Shown: positions 12,961-25,000 of the stretch, piece by piece
Position numbering within the stretch: position 1 is the stretch's first letter
How the letters are laid out: each line of letters starts with the position of its first letter
Assembly: GCF_964204645.1 (NCBI RefSeq)
Contig: NC_134027.1
Location: 26,064,560-26,128,559 of the forward strand
Length of the DNA: 64,000 bases
Direction of reading: 5' to 3'
DNA from: Tubulanus polymorphus
Taxonomy: Eukaryota; Animalia; Nemertea
The notes under the pieces: generated by a model
Database searches by the model: none
The model's input: the letters and a program-made list of their open reading frames with translations, nothing else
What the model was told of the DNA's origin: nothing
Made by a program: the position numbers and the translations under genes

Positions 12961-14869
12961 CAGAAGTTTATAAGATTCTATAGAACAAGGCTGTGAAAAG
13001 TCGAGTTCTCATTCAGAAATGAGTAACCAAATACATTTGAAGGTCTCGTCTCGTTCGGGGCTCAAAAGACCCCCTGGATCGGCGCCTGATCGTTCATCTA
13101 ATACTCGTTTTTAACAGTACGTACTATGCATACCTCGGAGGTCTTCAGTTTCTCGCTATGACAATCGATGAAGAAATTATCATTGTGTATGTAGTGCGTA
13201 GAAATTCACTATAACTTCTGTCTCGAATACTTTACAAGTCATTACACAATACTCGAAGATTAATCGCCTTTTAGCCGTTGTCAGAAATAAAGGTATGCGC
13301 GCCTTAAAAGTTTTGCTCATTACGATTTCCTGGTAAATAGTATTGAAGAGCAGTGACAACTTGACCCCGGTTGTAGAGTCGAGAGGGTTCTTTACGTCCA
13401 TGACTTCCTGCTGCACGTATGATTGAGACCGAGTCTGCGCAATACCTGTGGTTAGGTTTAGGGAGACTTCTGTCATCAACTCGGGGACTTCATGAACGGC
13501 GCCTTTTCCATCACCGACCTGTGGTGAATGTGTACCGATAACAAGCCCACCTAGCAGTATTAATACGCCTGACGCGATAATAGGCATCGAAAAACAGATA
13601 GATGGTGATAATTCAAATCTCTAATGCTGTTAGCTAACTGCGTCATTAATAATGACCGCTTCACTCAAGTTTCTGAATTCCGCCAAAAAATCTATTCTTA
13701 GAACTAAGAAATTAACGAACATGATCCAATTCGAATCATTCGTACGCTTAGAATATTTGACATTTCCACGGTTAGTTCCTGTTTGCTTTTGAATTTTTTA
13801 CCAGTTCGGGCTATTGTTTAACCGGTAATCGCGGCTAGACGCGCCGCGTTCATTCAGTCATGGCAAATAATCAGCCACCTCGGTTAATTGTGCGAACGAA
13901 ATGTTTATTCAAGTCATGGGCAAAAATTATGCATTTCGCGTTTGTCTATTGCTTTCATCAGACAATAGTTGATTGTGCGGAGAAAAGTTTTCGGCCCGTG
14001 GATTATAACAGACATTAATAGTTCGACAACACCTGGGATCGCGAACAAAAAACCGGCGCTATATTTCCGCGGAGTCGGATTCGAGCGCCCGCGCCCGATA
14101 AGCCGGGGTCCGACGACGAGATGCAGTACTCGCGCGCGACGCCGACGACGAACCGGTCGTATTTTCACGCGAATCGAATTCACGTCGAATTTACGATTTT
14201 TCGCGATCATATGAAAATAATAAGCGCGAAATTAAGCTCGGGGTTCGGGTTGTCATAAGAAAAGCATGCATGATTCACCCCAATTAACCGATTGTGTATG
14301 GAATATCCTGTTTTAACAAACCAAAGAGTCGCGCTATTGTTCTTTCACGTGCTTTACCTTCTCTCGCATTTCTATACATGACAGAAGAGAGCGCTTCGAT
14401 TCTACGGTAAACGATGCCCCGGATGAAGAACGCTCGACGACGAGACGCATGATTTATCGCGGTGAAACACCTTTGAATATCTCAGCTCTGAGCGCGATGT
14501 TTTTTTCATTAATCGTATTGATACGAGTTCAATATTAAGATCATCTAAACGAGTTTATTAATGACAAAAGAACAACATATGGAAGTTACTATATATATAT
14601 ATATATATTCATTGATAGTTGAAATAGAGCCTGGAGTCAAGTTGCGATTGAGTTGATGACTACTGTTTGAACCTGCACGCCTTTTCCATATTGTGCCACA
14701 TTGGTTTCACCGGTGACTCGGAGATATCAGGTCATCAGTCTGAACCGTGTGCGTTACTGCAATGTCCCCGGGTAAGACACCTATCCTCATTGCCTTTCTG
14801 CACCTAGGAGCAGGTATTGGGGGTGCCAGGCCTGGTAGATGACTTTGATCTCAAAATAGGGATTGTCCC

Positions 14870-15000
14870 TGTTTTTTATTTGGATGGTAAATTTCGTTTG
14901 ATTTTTCGATTGAGTGTCCCTTACAGACCCTGCACACCTACCGGGAACGAAATAGGGGTTTGATTTTGAAATCGGAAATCGAAGTACGGATATAGTTGTG
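14870..15000. repeat. Dispersed repeat family B
   Basis: acagaccctgcacacctaccggg...ttttgaaatcggaaatcgaagtacggatatagttg. Confidence 0.55.
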
Positions 15001-15104
15001 TGATCGGCGGTCGAGTTAACAGAATTTTTATTTAAATCGAAGTACATAACTGGTAGATGACTGTATGAGTATAGTGCGGCTCCAATGTTACTCCACTCCA
15101 GGGC

Positions 15105-16232
15105 GAGATGACTGATACACAGATACAGATATAGGCTAGCGGGTGGAGGAGGATGAAAGTGTACCAATGTCACTCCTCTCCAGGTAGAGATGACTGCATC
15201 ATAGTTACAGATATAGGCTATGGGGTGGATGGTGGAAGTGTACCAATGTCACTCCTCTCCAGGTAGAGATGACTGCATCATAGTTACAGATATAGGCTAT
15301 GGGGTGGATGGTGGAAGTGTACCAATGTCACTCCTCTGCAGGTAGAGATGACTGGATCATAGTTACAGATATAGGCTATGGGGTGGATGGTGGAAGTGTA
15401 CCAATGTCACTCCTCTCCAGGTAGAGATGACTGCATCATAGTTACAGATATAGGCTATGGGGTGGATGGTGGAAGTGTACCAATGTCACTCCTCTGCAGA
15501 TAGAGATGACTGGATCATAGTTACAGATATAGGCTATGGGGTGGATGGTGGAAGTGTACCAATGTCACTCCTCTGCAGGTAGAGATGACTGGATCATAGT
15601 TACAGATATAGGCTATGGGGTGGATGGTGGAAGTGTACCAATGTCACTCCTCTGCAGGTAGAGATGACTGGATCATAGTTACAGATATAGGCTATGGGGT
15701 GGAGGAGGATGAAAGTGTACCAATGTCACTCCTCTGCAGATAGAGATGACTGAGATCATAGTTACAGATATAGGCTATGGGGTGGATGGTGGAAGTGTAC
15801 CAATGTTACTCCTCTGCAGATAGAGATGACTGGATCATAGTTACAGATATAGGCTATGGGGTGGATGGTGGAAGTGTACCAATGTTACTCCTCTGCAGAT
15901 AGAGATGACTGGATCATAGTTACAGATATAGGCTATGGGGTGGATGGTGAAAGTGTACCAATGTCACTCCTCTGCAGATAGAGATGACTGGATCATAGTT
16001 ACAGATATAGGCTATGGGGTGGAGGAGGATGAAAGTGTACCAATGTTACTCCTCTGCAGATAGAGATGACTGGATCATAGTTACAGATATAGGCTATGGG
16101 GTGGATGGTGGAAGTGTACCAATGTCACTCCTCTGCAGCTAGAGATGACTGAGATCATAGTTACAGATATAGGCTATGGGGTGGATGGTGGAAGTGTACC
16201 AATGTCACTCCTCTGCAGCTAGAGATGACTGA
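15105..16232. repeat. 79-bp minisatellite, ~14 units
   Basis: Unit caggtagagatgactggatcatagttacagatataggctatggggtggatggtggaagtgtaccaatgtcactcctctg. Confidence 0.95.
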
Positions 16233-16331
16233 TAAACTAGTAATAGATATAAGTATCACTGGTCACATTGGTTGTGTATATCAGGCACTAGTATAAATAT
16301 CTGTAGAGATTTTTCAGCAGATTCCTAATTC

Positions 16332-16580
<249 letters not shown>

Positions 16581-17359
16581 AAGTTAGAGGAGATGTTTGT
16601 GCAGTGTTTAATTCACTGTAACTCAATCTATAAACAGTTTAATATTTCTCAATATCAGGCGATTCATACGTATTTGACCCGTGTATCGATTATCTAATTA
16701 ATATCGTAATATTTCCTCACATCGTTAATTACCTCATCGTCGTCATCTATTTTCCTCTACTCCCCGAACATCATACGCGTAATATAACTTCAAAACGAGC
16801 CCTCGGGAGAACCGGAGGGGGGGAGCTTGTATTATACATATTTGGTCGAAATCGAATTGCGAACTATCGTTTTGACCCGCCTATCCCCGTGGCAGTTCGT
16901 ACTGAATCCTGTGTAATTGAAGAAAGTTTTAATTACCGGTATTCGCTCGGTGTAAATATAACTCTTACGTCGTGTCATCGGTCGTAGTTCGGCTTTAATC
17001 ATCGGTTTCGTTAATCAAACTTTCTTCGTATCTGTATCGATATATTACACACACGCGCGCGCTCGCGAGCCCCGAAGGCTGAATTGAATTCTGTTCGTTA
17101 CAAATTTTGTTTCGTCGTTTCGGTATTTATTCATTCTCGTGTTTATTGTTCTTCGTTTTGATGCTCGACTTGTTTTAAAAACTCTCGATTGAAGTTCGGA
17201 AATTGATTATTTTCCTCGTTTGATTAGATAAGTTGGATATAGATAGATACGTTTATTAAACATTTCGACTTTTCCACAATCTGTTGGGTCAAAAAAGAAC
17301 ACAGGTACAGATATAATTTATTCTGAAATCAGTTCCTCGACCCTGATCCCATCCAACCA

Positions 17360-17525
17360 GCCCTTCCGGGATTTGAACGTGGATCCCCTGGTTTGGAAGC
17401 CCTGCATGCTAACCAGTAGACCATTGAGTCATGGTAGTTATCTGTGTCTAGTATGAATGTGGTCAGTGGTGACCAGTCACGTGTGGCGTCGGTAAGCTGT
17501 AGTGACCAGTCAGTTGTGAGACTGT
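17360..17525 (-). mobile_element. tRNA-derived repeat, degenerate copy
   Basis: gggatttgaacgtggatcccctggtttggaagc...taaccagtagacca, then gtggtgaccagtca. Confidence 0.6.
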
Positions 17526-17692
17526 TCTGCCCACTTGTTTCGCCTTATCCTTATCAGACCAATGTTTCAGGAAGTTTTAAGGCATTTTAAGCTGCTAGGG
17601 GTTCATGCACGTGGACAAAACCCTCGGCTACAGGTCTGCCTTTAGCAGTAACTGTTAGCTTTGTGCCTCCTATAGTAGGCTATAGTAGACTA

Positions 17693-17693
<1 letters not shown>

Positions 17694-17767
<74 letters not shown>
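17694..17767. repeat. (TA)n microsatellite
   Basis: Direct observation. Confidence 0.97.
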
Positions 17768-17769
<2 letters not shown>

Positions 17770-18828
17770 ATTCATATATCTGCTGAATAGATATGTGAAA
17801 ACAGCCAAACAAGGTTATATCCACAATGTCCAGTCATAACAAATAATGACCATTGGTCTTGAAACTTTGAACATTAAGCCGTAAAGATAAATTGAAGGGT
17901 TGTTTTTCTCAACGCGAAATTACTACCGATTTTCTCTTTTCTCGTAGTAAACGCGTTGTCATCGGTGCCACCTGACTCTATTTTCTGACGCTATTCAATC
18001 TAATTAACCGGTTAATAATTCTACATCAGTTAACTTTTCAATCTGAACGCAATATTCGAAAATGCGCGCTCCGTCGCGTTACAATAAGAGGGTGATTAAA
18101 GCCGTAATTTAGCGTCGGCAGCTGTTACGAGACGAAGTTTAAACTTCGCTGGCGAAAATGAATGAAACGCGAATAGAATTTTAATTAGCGATGACCAATC
18201 AATAGCGTCGGTTATCCCGACGAGATCGACGACACCGCGAATTCATTATCATATTAACGTATATGTTTTGAGAGGTGTATTTGATAAATGTTGAAGAGAT
18301 AGCAGGTGTCGGGTTCGTTCGAACTGCTCTCAACAACAAAAAACTCGTACGTTCGATTTCTGAATTTTCGTCGGATATTTTGGATGCGGTGACTTCGAAA
18401 TTGGTAAGATTCAGCGTGTTTGAACTTATAAATATTTCGAAATCTGATTTGAGAGTTAGAATTAGCGAGTATTCAAACTTTCGTGTTGGATTTTGAAATG
18501 AGGCGCACGGTTTATGTATTATTTCAATCGGTTGCGTCTGCTTCGTTCTGTTCGGATGTTTTTAATGATGGACGTTCGCAGATATATTTTACGTTGTAAA
18601 TGATCAATCATTTGTTAAGTTAAGGTTTATCCAGTTTATCGGGTAACGCTCTCTCTAATATATCAACGTTTTACAACTCTCTCTCTCTCTCTCTCTGGTA
18701 TTTATACACGTGCACCTTCGCTTGAAGTATTTCAATTAAGAAGTGTCTTCGATTATTTAAAGTTGAGACTATTTCCAGTCTCTATAGAAATCATTGAGAG
18801 AAACCCACGATATCAATTTGAACACCTG

Positions 18829-18926
18829 GGTCCAGTTCCACAGTTCCGAGTTAAGATTTAACTCTGAGTTAACTCATTGAAAATGAACTCAGAGTTAACT
18901 CTAACTCACAACTGTGGAACTGGGTC
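18829..18926. mobile_element. Short palindromic MITE, CTG TSD (Harbinger-like)
   Basis: CTG|GGTCCAGTTCCACAGTT...AACTGTGGAACTGGGTC|CTG; sister copy at 12855-12960. Confidence 0.8.
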
Positions 18927-20297
18927 CTGCTATGGTTTATTCCTTACATTTCCGTTGCAACCCTTCCACCCATCTTCAGAAATGAATTCCCCCCTAAAAC
19001 TTAAGAAAAATACAATTCAACCCGTTTAAAATGATATTGTGGGTTTGTCTCAATAATTGTCGTCGATATATGAGCTATATCAGAGACAATCTAGAGATCT
19101 GGTTATTTTCAGAAAGTTTTCATATTTCAAATGCTGTTATATATGATGATAGTGTTTGATCATCGTGGGCCTCGTTGATTAAGAGAACTACGAATCTATA
19201 TATTCTATAGGGATCTTTTCTTCCTATTTGGCCATTGTGTCGTGATGTTTGTCGAATCCCCTACTGGGAAAAACGGCTTCATTTCTACGGAGACGGCTTT
19301 TGTCTTTTAACATCCTGTCTTCAGCGGAAGAGATTTATTAATTTCATTGTCGAACAAGTGGTCCGATTTTGAAAGGCGACGTTACAAAAGAATTAAGCCC
19401 GATCCCCGAGATAACCTCGAATGACCTATAGATCGAAAAAATGAGCTCGTCTACGCCTATACAAATGACCACATGCTTACAACAGATCCGACTCCTTATT
19501 ATTAGAATACCTTCTGCTAACGACCATTGTTATAATAAATGAACATTTTTGTCTCGGGGGTCGCATTTCCATGTCAGTGCGAACCCTCAATCTACGATGA
19601 ATGGAAAATCTTAGTTCGTATTGTAAACGTACGGTTTAATTTCTTATGAAAATATAGTGAACTTTGTCTTACGTTCACTAATAATCGTGTGTCCTCTCCC
19701 TAACCTCGCTTATTAGTCCGTTTTACTAAGTCAATGATTCATATATGTGTCCGATGTCTCATTAGATATAAAGGGTCGCCTATCTAGTTATAATCACAGA
19801 TTAATAAGTTTAGACACAACATTTGTTTTGTTTCGTTTCGTTTCGACGCATCTAAGATCGGTTGTTTAATATCGGTTTTATCTGAATACTCGACTGATAA
19901 GACTTATCATTCGATTGATTTTAAGTCTTTTAAAAGACCACAGTTTATCACAACCATGGACGTGATATACTATCAGATATGTATAGCTATCATATGTCCA
20001 CCGCGGCTAGTGTGCAACGTGTTGTTATTTGAGGTATATTTCAGTAACCCCCCCTCCCCAGTTAAAGGTACTGTCTCTGTTCTCTTCTCTATGGTGGTCA
20101 TGTTACGTTGTCATTGTAAAATGATTAGCGTATTCCGTTTCCCGCAGAAGCATTTGACGTGACATTTGGCGACAGTTGACGCTGTAGTGTCATCTATCAT
20201 TCTCACACCTTGTCTACGTTATATATACGTCATGCATTTCTCACTCATTTTTACTGACCGGCTCGTAATATACTGACCCTCTTTGACCCTGAATCAT

Positions 20298-20722
20298 AAG
20301 GCGCCGCGATCGCGCAACGAACGGGTTTGCGACCTGGATCCCGTATCATCGAAAAGATTAAGCTTAAAACGGTTCAGTTAGATTATTGTCCTCATTTAAA
20401 ACACGAAGCAACCAATAGCGATTAAACCAAGAATTCGTGTTTAACTTTTTGTGAATCCGGACCCTGGGCTCATATTTAGCCCGTGTCAGATAATTCTCGG
20501 GCCAACCATTCGCCTGTTTGCCTGACCTGGCCAAATTTTAGCACGTGGATACTTCATGGTTATGAGTGACTCACCTCACTTGCCACAGCATCATTTTGAT
20601 AGCATTTTAGTAACGAGTGAGTGATTTACGAGTTCTCTCATTAAGCACTGGCCAAATTTGACTCTGATCTGGTCCGGGCCAGTTTCGGGCCAGTTTCACC
20701 CGAGCCTGTGCGATGGCGGCTG
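20298..20722 (-). mobile_element. Family A copy containing a nested MITE (20337-20463, CTG TSD)
   Basis: Reverse core tcacctcacttgccacagcatcattttgata; degenerate TIRs gccgcgatcgcgc / gtgcgatggcggct. Confidence 0.7.
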
Positions 20723-21635
20723 TGAAATCTCGCTAGAATGCTGCGTCAAAATCGAAACCATAAAATCTATAGATCATTAAAATCCATATTGAAATAATTG
20801 CCGCATTTTTTTAAAAACTTACACGCAGCAGCCTCGATCTAAATCTTAATGAAATTATCATCGGAAATTCGATTCAGACATCGAGGGAATCTAAATTAGA
20901 AATCCAGATGTCTTTTGCACGGGCGGAAAAAAAACCACGCGCGGTCACGTTACAAACAGCTCTGATCGATTCATCGAGGCATTGATCATCCGTACCGGCG
21001 ACAGATATCTCTCCCCGAGACAAAGCCGCTCGTTATCAGAGTTCGTTTTATGAAATATTTCTAAACTCGGAGATTCTTTTGTTCAGACGTTTGTTATTAT
21101 TGTTAACCGGTTGATCATCGCGCGTCGATCGATGTCACCATCATCGGTTTCTTTACGCTCGGTCGGGCGGTCGGGTCTGCGTTTAATTAGATCGTTAAAA
21201 ACGTTTTCTCATCTATTGTCGATCTGTTTAATTAATTTTCATCATCATCATCATGGAGAATGTCTTTTATTCTAAAGCCCTGTGTTGTCTACGCGCGTCG
21301 TTGGCCAGCTGTAACCGCTGCCTGAGAACAAGAACGCGGGGCTGTTTTTAATAAGCGTTTATTTCCTGAAAACAGTTTTCCCCAGCTTGGCACGGATGTA
21401 ATTAAGATATATCCGCGGTGATTGTTATTATGAAGTTATTAATATGGTATACGGTTTATTGATTGTATAAACAGTGATGAGAGCTTCGTGAAATTAATAA
21501 TTCCCTTTCGAATATCGAGAATATCGTGTCTCTTTTTCGATCTCGAAGCTCTCAACCTTTTCATCGCTGCTATTTGTATCTCTCACAGTGAAGGTATGTG
21601 ATCATTTTTGATAAATTCAGATATTTCGATCTGTT

Positions 21636-21950
21636 GGCTTAGATTTAAGACCAGTCTAAGGCCATCTCATTTCTATAGCCAATCTAACAACTTAAGACCA
21701 GTCTAAGATCATCTTAGTTCTATAGCAAATCAAACAACTGAAGACCAGTCTAAAATCATCTTAATTCTATAGCCAATCTAACAACTTAAGACCAGTCTTA
21801 GATCATGTTAGTTCTATAGCCGATCTAACAACTTAAGACCAGTCTAAGGTCATGTTAGTTCTATAGCAAATCTAACAACTTAAGACCAATCTAAGATCAT
21901 CTTAGTTCTATAGCCAGTATAACAAGACCCGTCTAAAGATTTAAGACCTG
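21636..21950. repeat. 47-bp tandem repeat (~6 units) expanded from the interior of that MITE family
   Basis: Unit ttaagaccagtctaagatcatcttagttctatagccaatctaacaac. Confidence 0.9.
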
Positions 21951-22409
21951 AAAATTGGAATAGGTATGTAACTTGATAAGGGCAGATTTGGCATTGTGAG
22001 GGCTGCGAGGACGAAAATTGGTGTAATTGGACGGCACATTGCACCATTAAACCCACCCTTAACACCTTAAAAAACAGGACAATTCTGCAAATTCAGGGCT
22101 GTATATAATATTTACACGCATGTATGATATGTTTTCGAGGTTTAGAGGAAAGCGTAGAACTGCGCAGTGTGTTCTCGTCATACAGCATAATCTCAGTCCA
22201 TAAAGATACGGCTTCAGTAATGGATCTCATTTACACTGTGTCCCCATTGATTATTAATCCTTTCATTAGTTAATGTACAAAACAACAAGATCTGCTATAC
22301 GTGGATGAGGAGAGAGAGAGAGAGACTGGGAATATCTAGCGGATCGTTGTATGAATAGCGTTAATATCTGAGCAGATAATATGAGCAACGCGCCTTTATT
22401 GAGCTTTAG

Positions 22410-22630
22410 CCGTGGTCTAGCCGGCCCGGATCAGACCCCGGGTCGAATTTGGCCCGTGCTTGATTGGAGAGCGCGTTCACACGTAAATCACTGACTCGTT
22501 ACTGAAATGCTATCAAAACGATCATGTGGCAAGCGAGGTGAGTCACGACCAGTCAGCATTCGTAAAGATAATCTGACCCGCGCTGGAATTTGGCTTCGCC
22601 TGAAGCTTTCGGTCGAGTCAGATAGGCCCA
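22410..22630 (+). mobile_element. Family A copy
   Basis: gaatttggcccgtgcttgatt...tatcaaaacgatcatgtggcaagcgaggtgagtcac. Confidence 0.7.
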
Positions 22631-22663
22631 TATCTATCAGATGACTGTAGAGAGAGGTATCTT

Positions 22664-22900
22664 AAGCCGCGATCACACGTAGACGATTTGGCCCGGGCCA
22701 AATCTGCGTTCACACGCAAACCATTCACTCGATACTAAACAATGCTCAAACAAAGCGAAGTGGATCATTTCTGGTGTCAGTTGCAATTCAAACGCAATCA
22801 TTTGTCTTGTCTAGTGCTAAAATTTGGCTCGGGCCTGGTCCGACGTTTTTGGTCGAGCCAAATTTGGGCCGGGCCAAACATGCTCGTGTGATCGCGGCTT
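22664..22900. mobile_element. MITE with 16-bp perfect TIR and GCCCGGGCC subterminal palindromes (Harbinger-like)
   Basis: AAGCCGCGATCACACG ... CGTGTGATCGCGGCTT. Confidence 0.8.
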
Positions 22901-23499
22901 TCGTATCTGATGGCTGTGAGTTAATAATCCTCATTAAATATATGAAATTGATGACATTATAAATTTTGCCGGCAATAGTAATTATGACGAGTGCGAAGGT
23001 GTAAATTGTTTTGTAACTAGGGGCTTTCTCACGTAAATCCGCCGATATAGCGTTTATATATAGCTCCACCGACCTCGATAAACTTTCTTGAAATTAAGTT
23101 TTAATTTGATGGATGATGATGATAAATACACGCGGAATCAAAGGCCCAACGAAACGCGCGCTCTCGTAAGGAACGAGATGGTTTTTCTTAAAAAACATAA
23201 AGATAATTAAGAGCATGTGTGGTTCGATTGCATCTGCCGAGATACAAGAAAATGATGTTTTCTGCGGCGCAAAAAATCTTTAAGAGCAAGAGAAATAAGT
23301 TGCGATAAGCGCCTCTTGTAAAGTTCGCTTTAATTAGTGCAATTATAGATAGGTAACAGCGTGTAATAGCACCGGTTGCCGCTGGTTACTGATATACCCC
23401 GCCAATGATAAGATACCGGACCTCCGTCAGACTTACTGAGAATACTTTATAAAAAATTGGAAGAAATATATTATCTCTTTATCTCTCTTTCTCTAGCTC

Positions 23500-23500
<1 letters not shown>

Positions 23501-23549
<49 letters not shown>

Positions 23550-23551
23550 AC
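23501..23551. repeat. (CAG)n microsatellite
   Basis: Direct observation; intronic. Confidence 0.95.
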
Positions 23552-23815
23552 GTGAAGTTTATCATCATAAAATCATTGGCAGATCTTTTATCATTTCAGT
23601 GCTTATAAACATTTTCTGTAGGAGAGTGGGGGCCACTTCACTGTGAGGCTAACCATGATACCAGTGGGATTAACTTCTCCTAAATATACTTCATAAAAAA
23701 AAGGATCGAATTATCTTACATGTCACATCGATGCATATAGTGTGGAATTTTAAAAGGGTTCAGATTTTTGTGTGGAAGTATAGCGGTCTTAACATCAACG
23801 AGGACTGTAGGTCAG

Positions 23816-23970
23816 GGTTTGGTTTCATAGTTGTGGCTTAGACTTATGGCCGGTCTTAGTTTGGTAGCCAATCTAACAACTCCAGACCAGTCTAGGGCTA
23901 TCTTTGTTCTTAAGCGAATCTAACAACTTAAGATTTAAGACCACTTCTGGGCTCATCCCTGAAACTGGTT
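23816..23970. mobile_element. Degenerate MITE, same family as 36883-37031
   Basis: tggcttagactta...agccaatctaacaac...agatttaagaccactt; CAG on both sides. Confidence 0.6.
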
Positions 23971-24859
23971 CAGAAGTCTTTTAAGGGGGTCCCCGGGAAA
24001 GTTTTTGAAATCAAGATTTGATGAGTTTTGTCGTCACCAAAAAGCAATAGCGACATCTGCTCAAACCGAGATAGGAAACCGGGTTCTTATGCATCCCTGA
24101 TTAAAGATGAGGATGAAGCAAATGATGATAGATATTTTCACAAATCTTTACACGTCCAACTATTCTATGAGCTACTCGAATAGAGGTACAATACGCGTGC
24201 ATAGATGGCAGCACTATCGTCGCGAGTCGCGTATAGGTATGTTGCTCTTTTAATTAGCCGCGTCAATGATTGAAACGTCTCTTGTTGCCGACGAATAAAA
24301 AGATTCCATTAACTACGAACAAATACCGTCTAATTAATGTTTGCACCGACATATAGCTTCATTGAAATCCTGCGAAATCACCGCTCGCGCCGCGTGCTCG
24401 CTCCTCGCCGCTCCGATCTGATCGGTAAGATCACCGATAAGTTTTGTTTTCATTGGGATAACCTCGGTGGATAAAGATATACCCCGGCTCTCGGCGCGCC
24501 GATGACGACGCTGTAGGTCGCGCGGAGCCTCCGTCTACCGTACGTCGTGTTTTTATACGGCGAACAATTAAAACAGTTCGGGTGAAGATCGGAATGTGGA
24601 ATTTTTCAGCTGCGTTTATCGGCGTATAAATCGCCCGCTGGTTTAAGCGTGTTTTAGATGCCGTTGATAGAGAAACCGTAATCAACAGTTTTTTTTTTCT
24701 GTTATAGTTAGTCATCTTTTTACGGTATAGAATAGACAGTATGCACGGATAACCTGATCAACTCATCATTGTCTTATGGAACCTCCACCGCTTACTGTGG
24801 CAATCGAGGATTCCACTCATGGCGAGTGAGGGTGCACCAGGTGTCGCTAATATAGTTCA

Positions 24860-25000
24860 GGGCCCATTTCCATAGTCATGGCTTAGAGTTAAGACCAATT
24901 CAAGACCATTTTAGTTCTATAGCCAATCTAACAACTTAAGACCGGTCTTAGAATTTAAGAACATTTTTGGAGTTAAGTCTCAACTGAGGAACCAGCCCCC
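24860..25000. mobile_element. MITE, same family as 36883-37031
   Basis: catagtcatggcttagagttaagacc...ctatagccaatctaacaacttaagacc. Confidence 0.7.

Noticed and set aside
23497-23560. PolyQ exon (CAG run after ctctag)
   Set aside because: Lies upstream of the start codon, the frame closes soon after, and there is no convincing donor; treated as a microsatellite.
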